From Candidatus Hodarchaeota archaeon (GTDB lineage: Archaea; Asgardarchaeota; Lokiarchaeia; Sigyniarchaeales; SOKP01): a stretch of DNA of 64,000 nucleotides. The notes under the pieces were generated by a model. The model was not told where the DNA came from. It made no database searches and saw nothing but the letters and a program-made list of their open reading frames with translations. Position numbers and translations under genes: made by a program. Shown here in pieces: positions 20,888-30,189 of this stretch (positions within the stretch are counted from its first letter, which is position 1; every line of letters starts with the position of its first letter). The stretch is taken from the NCBI GenBank assembly GCA_048887165.1, contig JBHLJZ010000008.1, forward strand, positions 2,340 to 66,339, read 5' to 3'.

Positions 20888-21262
20888 TTATGCTGGTAAT
20901 GATGGTATTTTTGTCCATAGTAGAATAGCTACAATAAGGCCATAAATTGCTAACGCTTCGGCTAACGCAACAACTAAAAAAGCCTTAAAAAATGCTTCTT
21001 CTCTTTCTGAAAGAGATGAAATTGCTGCTGTTCCAACAGTTTTTATTGCCCATGCGCTCCCTAATACGGACGCACTTACAGAAATTCCAGCAGCAATAGC
21101 TAATAATGCGGATGTAAAAGAATTATAGTAATCATAAATATCAGTTTGTGCTGCAGCAAAAGTTATAAGTCCGTCTACTGTTAAATAAACTGTAGCTATT
21201 AAAATTAACTGGAAAATTCCAAGTAGCAAATAAAATTTTTTCTTTCCGTTCAAATTTTTCAC
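20888..21262 (-). CDS. atpK: A-type ATP synthase proteolipid subunit K (c subunit)
   Basis: Gly/Ala-rich helical hairpin (AIAAGISVSASVLGSAWAIKTVG ... FLVVALAEALAIYGLIVAILL) with the carboxylate in the second helix. There is an extra N-terminal hydrophobic helix, and the start is GTG. Confidence 0.85.
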   Translation of the reverse strand: MKNLNGKKKFYLLLGIFQLILIATVYLTVDGLITFAAAQTDIYDYYNSFTSALLAIAAGISVSASVLGSAWAIKTVGTAAISSLSEREEAFFKAFLVVALAEALAIYGLIVAILLWTKIPSLPA

Positions 21263-21391
21263 TTATTATTAATTCATATTTATAATTATGAAAAAATTAT
21301 TAGCGTAAAAATTTTACCCATTTATTTTAAAAGTAAATAATAAAATTAATCCTTAAGTTGTAGAAAAAATGTAAATGAGAATTAAAAAAAT

Positions 21392-22054
21392 TTATTGATA
21401 TAATAAAACTCTTATAACATCAGCAATATCATGGATCCGGTCAGCTAACTGCTCTAATAAAACAATACTATCTCTTAACCGTAAGAGTAATCGAATATTT
21501 AAATCTTGTTCGGATGTTGAATATAAATAGTCTAGAAATTGTCTATATGTTTTGTCGATATCATTTTCAAGTTCGTGAATAGTAACTGTATTTTTATATA
21601 CCTCATCAGGATTGTCTCTTAAATTTTTTATTGTAGTTTTCAATACATCCGTCATTTCAATAATTTGATTAATTAATTTGTCATATCTTTTTTTAATTTC
21701 TTCATATTTTAGATCAATTAAATTTATTTTATCCAACATATCCACAAATTCAAGTGGATAATTTATTACATTATCCAATCTTAAAATTAATGCTACGTAA
21801 TCACCTACGAAAGTTCCAGTTTCCGAAAAGTTCTGAATTATCTGAATTTTAAGTTCATCAGCTTCTTCTTCAGCTAATTGCATTTTACTCCTTTTTTTCT
21901 CAAAACTTTTTTTATTGGATTCGAAATCTTTTGACCATTTGGAATAATACACACCCATATCACTTATAACAGAATATACAATTCTAACATGTTCCATTAA
22001 CATTGCAATAATTTCTTGTTTAATCTTTCTGTTAGACGACATTTTAAAATTCAC
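21392..22054 (-). CDS. DUF47 / PhoU-like helical protein
   Basis: Two repeats of the E-x-x-x-D helical signature (AEEEADELK, HELENDIDKTY) and a C-terminal LEQLADRIHDIADVI, consistent with the PhoU_div family. Confidence 0.5.
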   Translation of the reverse strand: MNFKMSSNRKIKQEIIAMLMEHVRIVYSVISDMGVYYSKWSKDFESNKKSFEKKRSKMQLAEEEADELKIQIIQNFSETGTFVGDYVALILRLDNVINYPLEFVDMLDKINLIDLKYEEIKKRYDKLINQIIEMTDVLKTTIKNLRDNPDEVYKNTVTIHELENDIDKTYRQFLDYLYSTSEQDLNIRLLLRLRDSIVLLEQLADRIHDIADVIRVLLYQ

Positions 22055-22217
22055 TAAATTTTTAATATTCTAAGAATATTATATGATTAGATAAATAAAA
22101 ATCATCAGTATCATCAATAGTTGAATTTCGAAAAGAATTAATGTTTTGGATATTTAAAAGAATAATAATGATTATTATCATATTATACTTAACTCTCAAA
22201 AATTTATTGAGAAAAAT

Positions 22218-23060
22218 TTGCAATCTACTTTTAGGAAAATTTTTGATCCAAGGTGCTATTTAAATAAAATGGAATTAAGAAGCATTTTTAAGAGATGGCG
22301 GAAATACTCAGAGATGTCTGAGTTAGGTATTATCGCCCGTCGAAAATTTTTTAATAATTGTTTTGACGGGGCTTTAACCTGTGCTGGAATAGTAAGTGGA
22401 GTTTTTGTTTTGTTTTTAGCGGGTTTAAGTCAAAACACTCCTGGAAGTATAGTAGTTTTAGGATTTTCAACGGCACTAGCTATTGGTATTAGTGGTTTAT
22501 GGGGTGCTTTTCTTTCGGAAGAAGCAGAAAGAAAGAAAAAAATAATTGATCTGAAAAAAGAGATGGTAATTCTTGAAGAATTAGAAGATGACGATGATAT
22601 TGATGCGTTAGAAAAGAAAAAGTTAGAATTAGCAAAAAAGATATTGGAAGAAAAAGAAATCCAGAAAGCTATGGTTATTCCAATTAAGAATAATGGTTTA
22701 AAGAAGGAAAAGAGTATTTTAATTCCAATTAAAATGCAGAAAACTAAATTAAAAAAAAACAAAACTATGATTGAACAAGCAGAAAATTTTGCCACAATTA
22801 TAGCCTCTTTAGTTGATGGTGGCGCTCCTGCTTTAGGATCTACGCTTCCATTAATTCCTTTTTTCTTTGGTTCCGAGTTAGTTTTACTTCATTTTATTTT
22901 CTCTTATCTCATTTTAGTTGGATTATTAGTCTATTTAGGCATATTTTTAGGGAATATTTCTGGACAGGGTCGAATAAAATATGCTACACATCTTGTAACA
23001 GCTGGAATTGTTACGCTTATTGTATCATTATTATTAAGTATGGCAACAGGAAATTTCTAA
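22218..23060 (+). CDS. VIT1/CCC1-like membrane protein (paralog 1)
   Basis: RRKFFNNCFDGALTCAGIVSGVF N-terminal motif, a central Glu/Lys-rich cytoplasmic segment, and C-terminal TM helices with GGAPALGSTLPLIPFF. Paralogous to the next gene. Confidence 0.45.
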   Translation: MQSTFRKIFDPRCYLNKMELRSIFKRWRKYSEMSELGIIARRKFFNNCFDGALTCAGIVSGVFVLFLAGLSQNTPGSIVVLGFSTALAIGISGLWGAFLSEEAERKKKIIDLKKEMVILEELEDDDDIDALEKKKLELAKKILEEKEIQKAMVIPIKNNGLKKEKSILIPIKMQKTKLKKNKTMIEQAENFATIIASLVDGGAPALGSTLPLIPFFFGSELVLLHFIFSYLILVGLLVYLGIFLGNISGQGRIKYATHLVTAGIVTLIVSLLLSMATGNF

Positions 23061-23156
23061 TAAAATATTTTTATGGAAGTGAATTTAAAAAAATTTTAAA
23101 AAAAAAAGGAAAGTTTTCCTTTCTAAGCTTAAATTACACTTGAATTTTTATACAAA

Positions 23157-23870
23157 ATGTTAGATAAAATTAGAACGTATGCAAGAATAAGTAATTTATG
23201 GCCAATAGCTCGTCGTTATTTTGTGAATAATTTTTATGATGGGATGCTCACTGTTTTAGGAATATTATTAGGATTTTTTATAATTATTATTAAAGGAAAC
23301 CAAAACTCAATTGAAAGTAATTTAGTTATATTAACCGGAATAGGATCTTCAATATCAATGTTTATTTCAGGATTATCAGGATCTTATTTATCAGAAAGGG
23401 CAGAACAAAAGAAATTGAAGAAGGAATTGGAAAAAGCGATGGCTCTAAGTGATCTTGAATTTGATAATACCGATCCATTTTTAGAATTAAATGAAATTGA
23501 AAAAGCAATGCTGAAAAAAATTAAAAGAAGAAGATTACTTAGAAAGAAAGCTTTATTTGATGATAATAATAATAAAAAGAAATCTAAAACTATTCAAGAT
23601 AAAGCTGAACAATTTGCGATTTTAGTAGTATCCTTTGTTAATGGAACTTCTCCTTTTTTAGGTGGAATTGTACCATTAATTCCATTTTTTCTTGTTCTAA
23701 CTGCTGGTATTATGACTTTTATTTATTCTTTTTTAATAATTTTACTATGCATTATTTTACTGGGAATATTTTTAGGAACCGTCTCAAAAGAATCAATTAT
23801 TAAAAATATAATTCAGATGGTCGTTGCATTTCTCATAACAATTTTAATCTCATTATTATTACTACGATAA
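23157..23870 (+). CDS. VIT1/CCC1-like membrane protein (paralog 2)
   Basis: RRYFVNNFYDGMLTVLGILLGFF, SGSYLSERAEQKK and FVNGTSPFLGGIVPLIPFF. Same architecture as 22218..23060. Confidence 0.45.
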   Translation: MLDKIRTYARISNLWPIARRYFVNNFYDGMLTVLGILLGFFIIIIKGNQNSIESNLVILTGIGSSISMFISGLSGSYLSERAEQKKLKKELEKAMALSDLEFDNTDPFLELNEIEKAMLKKIKRRRLLRKKALFDDNNNKKKSKTIQDKAEQFAILVVSFVNGTSPFLGGIVPLIPFFLVLTAGIMTFIYSFLIILLCIILLGIFLGTVSKESIIKNIIQMVVAFLITILISLLLLR

Positions 23871-23951
23871 TTTTACTCAAACAACCAACCAAAAATTTAA
23901 AATTTTTTAAATAATTTTCTTACAAAAATTAAAAATAGATAAAGAGATATC

Positions 23952-24731
23952 TTGAAAACTTTTATAGGGATTGATATAGGTTCATTGGCAACTAAAATTG
24001 TTTTATTAAACGATGGAAAACTATTAGACCATAAAACAGAAAGATCAACTTATGATTTTAAAAAGATTGGCTATAACTTATTTAATGAATTATTAGAAAA
24101 ACATAATTTAAAAAGAACTGATATTTTTGTAATGAGTACAGGTTATGGAAGGAATACTGTAGATTTTGCTGATGATAGAGTCACTGAAATTACAGCACAT
24201 GCAAAAGGAGTTCAATATTTCTTTCCTGACGCTCATTCTGTTATAGATATTGGGGGTCAAGATAGTAAGGCAATAGTGATGTCAAATAAAACTAGAAATG
24301 TTATCGATTTTCAGATGAATGATAAGTGTGCTGCTGGAACCGGTAGATTCTTAGAAGTAATGGCACATGCATTAGAAGTCCCGATTGATCAATTTGGAGA
24401 TTTGGCATTGAGATCAAATAAACCAGCATCTATTAGCTCTACTTGTACTGTATTTGCTGAAAGTGAGGTTATAAGTCTTTTCGCAAGCGGTGCTTCAAAG
24501 CAAGATATAGCAAGTGGAATTCATAAATCTATTGCTAGACGGGTTGCAGGAATGGCTAAACGCATTGGAGTTAGCCCCCAATTAGTGTTTTGTGGGGGAG
24601 TAGCTAAAAACCCGGCTGTTAAAAAGTATTTAGAAGATGAACTGGGTTTTGAGATTGTGTCACCAGAATTACCTCAATTAACAGGTGCTATTGGAGCCGC
24701 ATTAATAGCCCAAGAGAATAACGGTAATTAA
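23952..24731 (+). CDS. 2-hydroxyacyl-CoA dehydratase activator (HgdC/BcrAD_BadFG-family ATPase)
   Basis: ASKHA-fold motifs GIDIGSLATK, IGGQDSK and GGVAKNP, plus the two cluster-bridging Cys contexts NDKCAAGTGRFLE and STCTVFAESE. Confidence 0.9.
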   Translation: MKTFIGIDIGSLATKIVLLNDGKLLDHKTERSTYDFKKIGYNLFNELLEKHNLKRTDIFVMSTGYGRNTVDFADDRVTEITAHAKGVQYFFPDAHSVIDIGGQDSKAIVMSNKTRNVIDFQMNDKCAAGTGRFLEVMAHALEVPIDQFGDLALRSNKPASISSTCTVFAESEVISLFASGASKQDIASGIHKSIARRVAGMAKRIGVSPQLVFCGGVAKNPAVKKYLEDELGFEIVSPELPQLTGAIGAALIAQENNGN

Positions 24732-24834
24732 ACTTACTTAATTTTAATTTAATACTATTATTTATATTTGTTATAGGTAAATTTTTTTAAAGTATTAACT
24801 CTTTTTTGTTTAAAATTTACTAGAGATTTTATAG

Positions 24835-25971
24835 ATGAATGATCTTGAACTCTTATCGAATTTTTCTTTATTTTTGAAAGAAAAGAAAGAAAAAGGAGTT
24901 AAAATTATCGCTTTTTTAGCACACGATAATATTCCAGAAGAATTATTAGATGCAGCAGGGTTTTTTCCATTAAGGTTAATATTTGGAGGAAATGACGATT
25001 TAATGAATGCTAGTCATGATTATCTACCACCATCTACGTGTGCTTTTGCTCAAACTTGTATAGGTTTGTTTTCAATTAAACCTGCTCAATTTGATTTTTT
25101 AGATTTAATTGACTATTTTATTGTTTCAAATCATTGTGTATCTGATATATGTGCGTCTGAAATTATTTCAAAATATTACAATATACCTAGATTAGACTTC
25201 TATGTACCATATACTAATAATAAAAACAGTTCAGATTATTTCAAATTAGAGTTAAGGGATTTAAAGCAAAAATTAGAAGAAATTATTAAGAAAGAAGTTG
25301 ATAATGAATCTATTTTTGATAGCATTAAAAAGTATAACAATTTTAAAAAAAAACTTTCAGAAATTAATAGTTTAGAAATAACCGGTTCGGAAAAATTAAA
25401 GGTTATTCAAAAAGCACTTTTATATGGACCTTCTTTTCTTTTAGAATTAGAACAGTATATAGAAAAAAATATATCAAATCCAATAGAAAAAATTGAAGAT
25501 TCTAAGAATGTCCTAATTACTGGATGCTCGATTTTTATTAATGATTATTTGATTGAATTGATTGAAGACGGAGGAGGAAATATTGTTTTTTTTGATACTT
25601 GGATTGGAAATCATTATTATTCGCAAATATTGGAGGAGGAGATGATAAATACTATTAAAGATCCATTAGATCTCTTAGTTTATAGATTTGAAAATAATCG
25701 TTATGGAGATCATTCAGTACCTAACTTTTTAGAGAATAAACTATTACTAATCGAAAAATATTATCAAAGTTATAAACAAAAGACAGGAAAAGGATTAGGA
25801 ATAATAAATCATATAATAAAATTCTGTGATCACATCTCATTAATGTCCAGTTACTTGAAAGAACGGTTACAGAAACAAGGTATAAGGGTTTTGAATTTAG
25901 AAAGAGATTATTCAAGAGCTAATCGAGGTCAACTTTCAACTAGAATAGAAGCATTTTTGGAGATGATATAA
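24835..25971 (+). CDS. 2-hydroxyacyl-CoA dehydratase family subunit (HgdB-size, 378 aa)
   Basis: Sits immediately after the activase. Has the conserved N-terminal pattern (IIAFLAHDNIPEELLDAAGFFPLRL) and Cys-containing segments, and its length matches the small subunit. Confidence 0.75.
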   Translation: MNDLELLSNFSLFLKEKKEKGVKIIAFLAHDNIPEELLDAAGFFPLRLIFGGNDDLMNASHDYLPPSTCAFAQTCIGLFSIKPAQFDFLDLIDYFIVSNHCVSDICASEIISKYYNIPRLDFYVPYTNNKNSSDYFKLELRDLKQKLEEIIKKEVDNESIFDSIKKYNNFKKKLSEINSLEITGSEKLKVIQKALLYGPSFLLELEQYIEKNISNPIEKIEDSKNVLITGCSIFINDYLIELIEDGGGNIVFFDTWIGNHYYSQILEEEMINTIKDPLDLLVYRFENNRYGDHSVPNFLENKLLLIEKYYQSYKQKTGKGLGIINHIIKFCDHISLMSSYLKERLQKQGIRVLNLERDYSRANRGQLSTRIEAFLEMI

Positions 25972-25974
25972 AAG

Positions 25975-27330
25975 ATGAGTTTAATAGCAGATGAAATTAT
26001 TCGATTTAGTTCTGTATTAAAAATTGCATATAATCTTTTAGCAGGTAGGAATTATTTGAAAAGAAAGAAATTTCGGGAAAAGGAAAAATTAGTAGCTGTC
26101 GCTTTACCCTTTTCTGATCTACCTTTTGCAGCTGGTGCTGTCCCTGTATTTCCAATTAGAATGCATATATTTGAGATAAATAAGTATTTGGCATATTTGG
26201 GTTCCGCATCAAGCATATTTGGATGGGAAAGTGTTTCGAATTTTTTAGGATTTGTTAAAAATTTGGGAATTCAAGAAATCAGTAAAATTGTAGACGATAT
26301 CATTGAAGATGTAATTGACACAATCAATAAAAAGTACAATGAGATGTATGACCTTGGAATTGAAGGTGGTGTTTCAAGTGATTTTTGCTATGGATTAAAA
26401 AGCTTAACAGGAATGCATATTACTAAAGGCCGTAATGTAGATGCTTGCTTTAATGTAACAATTAGATGCAGCGCATATAATAAATATTTGGAGTCTTTAA
26501 AAGCTATTAATTCTGAGCCTAAACAAATTTGGGTTGATATTCCACCAAGAAATATTGGAAATTCTTTGGAATTATTGACAAATAATATTTCAAATGCTTT
26601 AAAGGAGCTGGAAAATTTAACCGGAAACACATTAACTGATAATCGACTTCGAGATTTTTTCAAAATTGGTAATCAAATAAAAAGAGATTATAAGACCATA
26701 ATATATGAAATTAGTGCTTCTGATTTCTATCCCTGCAATCCGGCAACCTTTAGTGAAATTTTATCATTACTTAGTATTACATTTCAGGATTATAACTCCA
26801 ACGCTTCTAGATATCGAGATAATATGAGTTCATTAGTAAAGGAAATGAAGGAGAGAATTCGAAAAGGAATTGGAATGGACGTTTCTAAAATGCCTCGGAT
26901 CTTAGTTACTCCTATGTTTGGAGGTTGGGAACCCAAAAGTCATGAAATCATATATGAACTTGGTGGTCGAGCTTTATATGCTGATTGGGAAATACTGAAA
27001 TTATTAGAAGAAATTAATGTATCAACTCATGCAAATCCAGTAGAAGAGTATGCTCGATTCCTTCTAAATGCTACTGAAACAGGTATAGGTTGTGATAATG
27101 ATACTTTAACAAATTCATATTTAAGAATGGCTAAAGATTTAAGCGCTGATGGACTTGTTTTCTTTCAGTTATTTGGATGTCACTCTATTTCAAATTGTTA
27201 TTCGATGTTGAGGGAAAAAATTCGTCGTGATTTAGAAATACCAACTACTTCCATAACATTCAATAAAATTGGCGAAAATGTAGAGCAAGTAAAAACCCGC
27301 TTAGGAGCTTTTATGGAGATGTTTAAGTAG
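25975..27330 (+). CDS. 2-hydroxyacyl-CoA dehydratase family subunit (HgdA-size, 451 aa)
   Basis: Starts 4 nt after the previous stop. Has the VPVFPIRM motif, conserved Cys in CYG, RCS, PCNP, GCD and GCHS contexts, and fits the HgdA/HgdB/BcrBC superfamily pattern. Confidence 0.75.
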   Translation: MSLIADEIIRFSSVLKIAYNLLAGRNYLKRKKFREKEKLVAVALPFSDLPFAAGAVPVFPIRMHIFEINKYLAYLGSASSIFGWESVSNFLGFVKNLGIQEISKIVDDIIEDVIDTINKKYNEMYDLGIEGGVSSDFCYGLKSLTGMHITKGRNVDACFNVTIRCSAYNKYLESLKAINSEPKQIWVDIPPRNIGNSLELLTNNISNALKELENLTGNTLTDNRLRDFFKIGNQIKRDYKTIIYEISASDFYPCNPATFSEILSLLSITFQDYNSNASRYRDNMSSLVKEMKERIRKGIGMDVSKMPRILVTPMFGGWEPKSHEIIYELGGRALYADWEILKLLEEINVSTHANPVEEYARFLLNATETGIGCDNDTLTNSYLRMAKDLSADGLVFFQLFGCHSISNCYSMLREKIRRDLEIPTTSITFNKIGENVEQVKTRLGAFMEMFK

Positions 27331-27355
27331 ATAAAATTTTTAGAATTAATATTAT

Positions 27356-27820
27356 TTAAATTTGTTCAAAGAACATCTTTCTACCCGAATGGACTCTTTG
27401 AAAATTGTCCTTATACTTTTCAATATCATCATGAATTTCTTCTAACTCTTTATTTTCCAACATTCTATTAAAGATATTTAGTGTAGAGAGATAAAGTTTC
27501 GGCATAAAAGTATCAATCTGAGAAAGCTCGTAAGCTAAATTTAATATTGAAGAGTAGTCCAAAGTTAAATCAATTTCTCGATTTTTTATCTGTTGTATTA
27601 TCTGTTTCTCTAATTTTCTTCTTGAAATGTTGCTCCATACTAATTCATACCCAAAATAATTGACAGCTTGGACTGCCTCGGTTAAAAGTGCTGTGCCTGT
27701 CGCAATAGCGATACTACCGGTTAAAATATATGCTGTTAAGGTTCCTAGTATAATAGTAATTCCCCTATAAATTAAACTTTTTATTAAACTTTCTTTCCAT
27801 TCTATTTTTTTAGACTTCAT
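27356..27820 (-). CDS. DUF2061-like membrane protein with C-terminal helical extension
   Basis: SLIKSLIYRGITIILGTLTAYILTGS...AVNYFGYELVWSNI matches the two-helix DUF2061 pattern. About 70 extra soluble residues follow. Confidence 0.5.
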   Translation of the reverse strand: MKSKKIEWKESLIKSLIYRGITIILGTLTAYILTGSIAIATGTALLTEAVQAVNYFGYELVWSNISRRKLEKQIIQQIKNREIDLTLDYSSILNLAYELSQIDTFMPKLYLSTLNIFNRMLENKELEEIHDDIEKYKDNFQRVHSGRKMFFEQI

Positions 27821-28017
27821 AAATTTTCAGCAAGAATTTTTTATACTTAAATAGGCTTTTTAAGAGGAAAAGAAACAGTTAAAATTCCTTTTTGTTTAAA
27901 AATTCTACATTCTAAAAAAAATTAATTCTATCTTTAAAAAGTCTTTAATATGTTTTTTATAGATTTTACCACGATGATGATACTTTTGACATTTAGTACA
28001 ATAATATTTAATCATTT

Positions 28018-28278
28018 TCACTTTGAATTTATTTTATTCAATTTATCATTTATCTCATGAAATAATTTTTCTCTTTGATTAGAATCATGAATTATTTTTC
28101 TTTTTCTGATTTTATCAATAGAAAAGACAACATAATCATTTTCTAAATTTGAAGAACAATTATAATTTCTTTTAATGACATTATTGTCATTGTTGTCAAC
28201 GACAATATTAGACTTATTATCTTTTTTCTCTTTTCTTAAAGTATTTACTTTTGATTTGAATTTGTTTAAAATTCCCAA
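28018..28278 (-). CDS. hypothetical small protein (86 aa, Asn/Lys-rich)
   Basis: ORF only, with low-complexity composition. Coding status uncertain. Confidence 0.3.
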   Translation of the reverse strand: MGILNKFKSKVNTLRKEKKDNKSNIVVDNNDNNVIKRNYNCSSNLENDYVVFSIDKIRKRKIIHDSNQREKLFHEINDKLNKINSK

Positions 28279-28317
28279 ATTTGCACCTCTTTTTTAAAAT
28301 ATTTACTAATTTTTATT

Positions 28318-28587
28318 CTAAGCTCCTTCTAGAGTATATAATTGTTTCCCATTAGGGATATAAAATTTATTTTTATCTTTTATAATTATAGTATGAAAAT
28401 AAGCTGCTAATCCTAAGAAGCCTCTTATTACGGCTTCATCTTTTTCATAAACAAAACGAATCAATGTTATAGCTTTGTTTCCATTGAATTTTGCCCTTTC
28501 ATGAATTATTTCATCAATTAGCGGAACTTTTAATTCTGTAACAATTTCATAAACTTTTTGAATGAATTCTTCATTTCTGGTCATCAA
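28318..28587 (-). CDS. hypothetical small protein (89 aa)
   Basis: ORF with a balanced, globular-looking composition. No motif recognised. Confidence 0.4.
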   Translation of the reverse strand: MMTRNEEFIQKVYEIVTELKVPLIDEIIHERAKFNGNKAITLIRFVYEKDEAVIRGFLGLAAYFHTIIIKDKNKFYIPNGKQLYTLEGA

Positions 28588-28947
28588 AACACCTCTATTT
28601 TATTATTTTTATAAAAATTCACAATTTTTTCTAAATATCATTAATAATTAAACTAATTTTCCAATTAAATACGAAGTTATTCACTTAAAAGGAGTATAAA
28701 ACCATTTTAATGTAAGATTGAGCTATAATAGATGGTTTTAATAAAAACCATTCTAAATGAATAACAGTCTTACCACTAAAAATAATATTAAAATTTTAAT
28801 GGCTTTGGGTACTGATCAAATCATTTTTCGATCTATAATAATAGTATAATCAAAATTATTTAATTTTAACTATAATTAAATCAAAGGATTTTATTATTTT
28901 GTATAATAAACCTATTAAAATTTTGCTAATTTTTTAAAGCCGATTTA

Positions 28948-29964
28948 TTAGCCAGAATCTTGCTTTTCTTCTAACTTTTTCTTTAATTCTTCAGTTTCTT
29001 TCTCAAGTTCTTCGATCTTCTTGTCTCGCTTTTTTATTTTATGTTCAGCTAATGTTATACCTTGTAAACTTAAAAGTTTTTTAACAAAGATTATAGACGC
29101 TATACATATACCTATAAGATAAAATAATTCGGCAGTCCAGTAGTATTCAGATATATTAATGTAGATTGATAAATTCAAAAAAGGTAATATCAATGTTAAT
29201 ATGCCAATAAATATCAACGAAATAAGTAATGTTATTTTCTCATAAGTTTTTATCTTACTTCTGAAAAAAACATAAACTCTCAACCAAAAAATTATACTAA
29301 TAAAAGTAATTGGTATAAATATTATCGATCCTATTCCTATTATCAACAAAAAGTTTAAAGCGAACTTCTTCCTCCATAAATCTAGGATCTCTTTGGTTGT
29401 CATTTGATCTTGAACTTGTGCACTAGCATATTCTTTTCTAAGTTCAAAATATTTCTTTTTAATTCCTCTCGCTACTTGTTTGGCACCTTTTTTCCACCAA
29501 CTTAATTTTCCTAATTCTGCAGCTTCTTCAATTTGATCTCTAATAATTGGTATAATATAAAGAGTTAATAATAAAGAGATTATACCATAAAGATATAATA
29601 GCAAATCAAACCAAAACCAAAATCCTGTTTGAGTTATTATAGTTTTTCTAATGAAGCTTATAATAATTTTATATGTAGCATAACCTATTAATACCAAAGG
29701 TACAACTACCTGAATAACAATAAAAATATTTAACTCTTTCTTGCCAAATTTATCTTTAAATTTTTTTAAAATTATGAGAAAAATGTTCGAAATGCTCAAT
29801 AATATCCCAAAACCAGATAAAAACTTAACTGCCCAGAAAAAAATTAATAATGAAAAATCTAAATAAAGTAAACTAAAAGCCAAATTTATTATCATAAAAA
29901 TGATTAATGCCATTAAGATGGAGAAATAACCTATTCTATATAGCTTTTCATTCATTATAATCAA
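28948..29964 (-). CDS. polytopic membrane protein with C-terminal coiled-coil tail
   Basis: About 8 hydrophobic helices, a central amphipathic loop and a C-terminal KKIEELEKETEELKKKLEEK tail. Confidence 0.55.
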   Translation of the reverse strand: MIIMNEKLYRIGYFSILMALIIFMIINLAFSLLYLDFSLLIFFWAVKFLSGFGILLSISNIFLIILKKFKDKFGKKELNIFIVIQVVVPLVLIGYATYKIIISFIRKTIITQTGFWFWFDLLLYLYGIISLLLTLYIIPIIRDQIEEAAELGKLSWWKKGAKQVARGIKKKYFELRKEYASAQVQDQMTTKEILDLWRKKFALNFLLIIGIGSIIFIPITFISIIFWLRVYVFFRSKIKTYEKITLLISLIFIGILTLILPFLNLSIYINISEYYWTAELFYLIGICIASIIFVKKLLSLQGITLAEHKIKKRDKKIEELEKETEELKKKLEEKQDSG

Positions 29965-30189
29965 GTTTTCCTATACTGATGTATATTTAAAAATTTCAAT
30001 TACTTGGAAATCAATTGAAAATTGAACCTTATTTTATAAAATTATTGTATCTATTTAAGATTTTTCTTATATGATATAATTACTGAAGGTTAAGGTAATT
30101 ATATTAAATATAGATCCCCTAGTTATGCATAAATTCAAGGGGAATTATGATCTAAACAATTTGCTTTAAAAATATTGAATATAATATAT

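Noticed and set aside
30116-30142. A small G/C-containing hairpin (CCCCT-N17-AGGGG) downstream of the opine-DH-like gene.
   Set aside because: The stem is only 5 bp and the loop is large. Archaeal termination mainly uses oligo-T tracts, so the evidence is too weak to call a terminator or RNA element.
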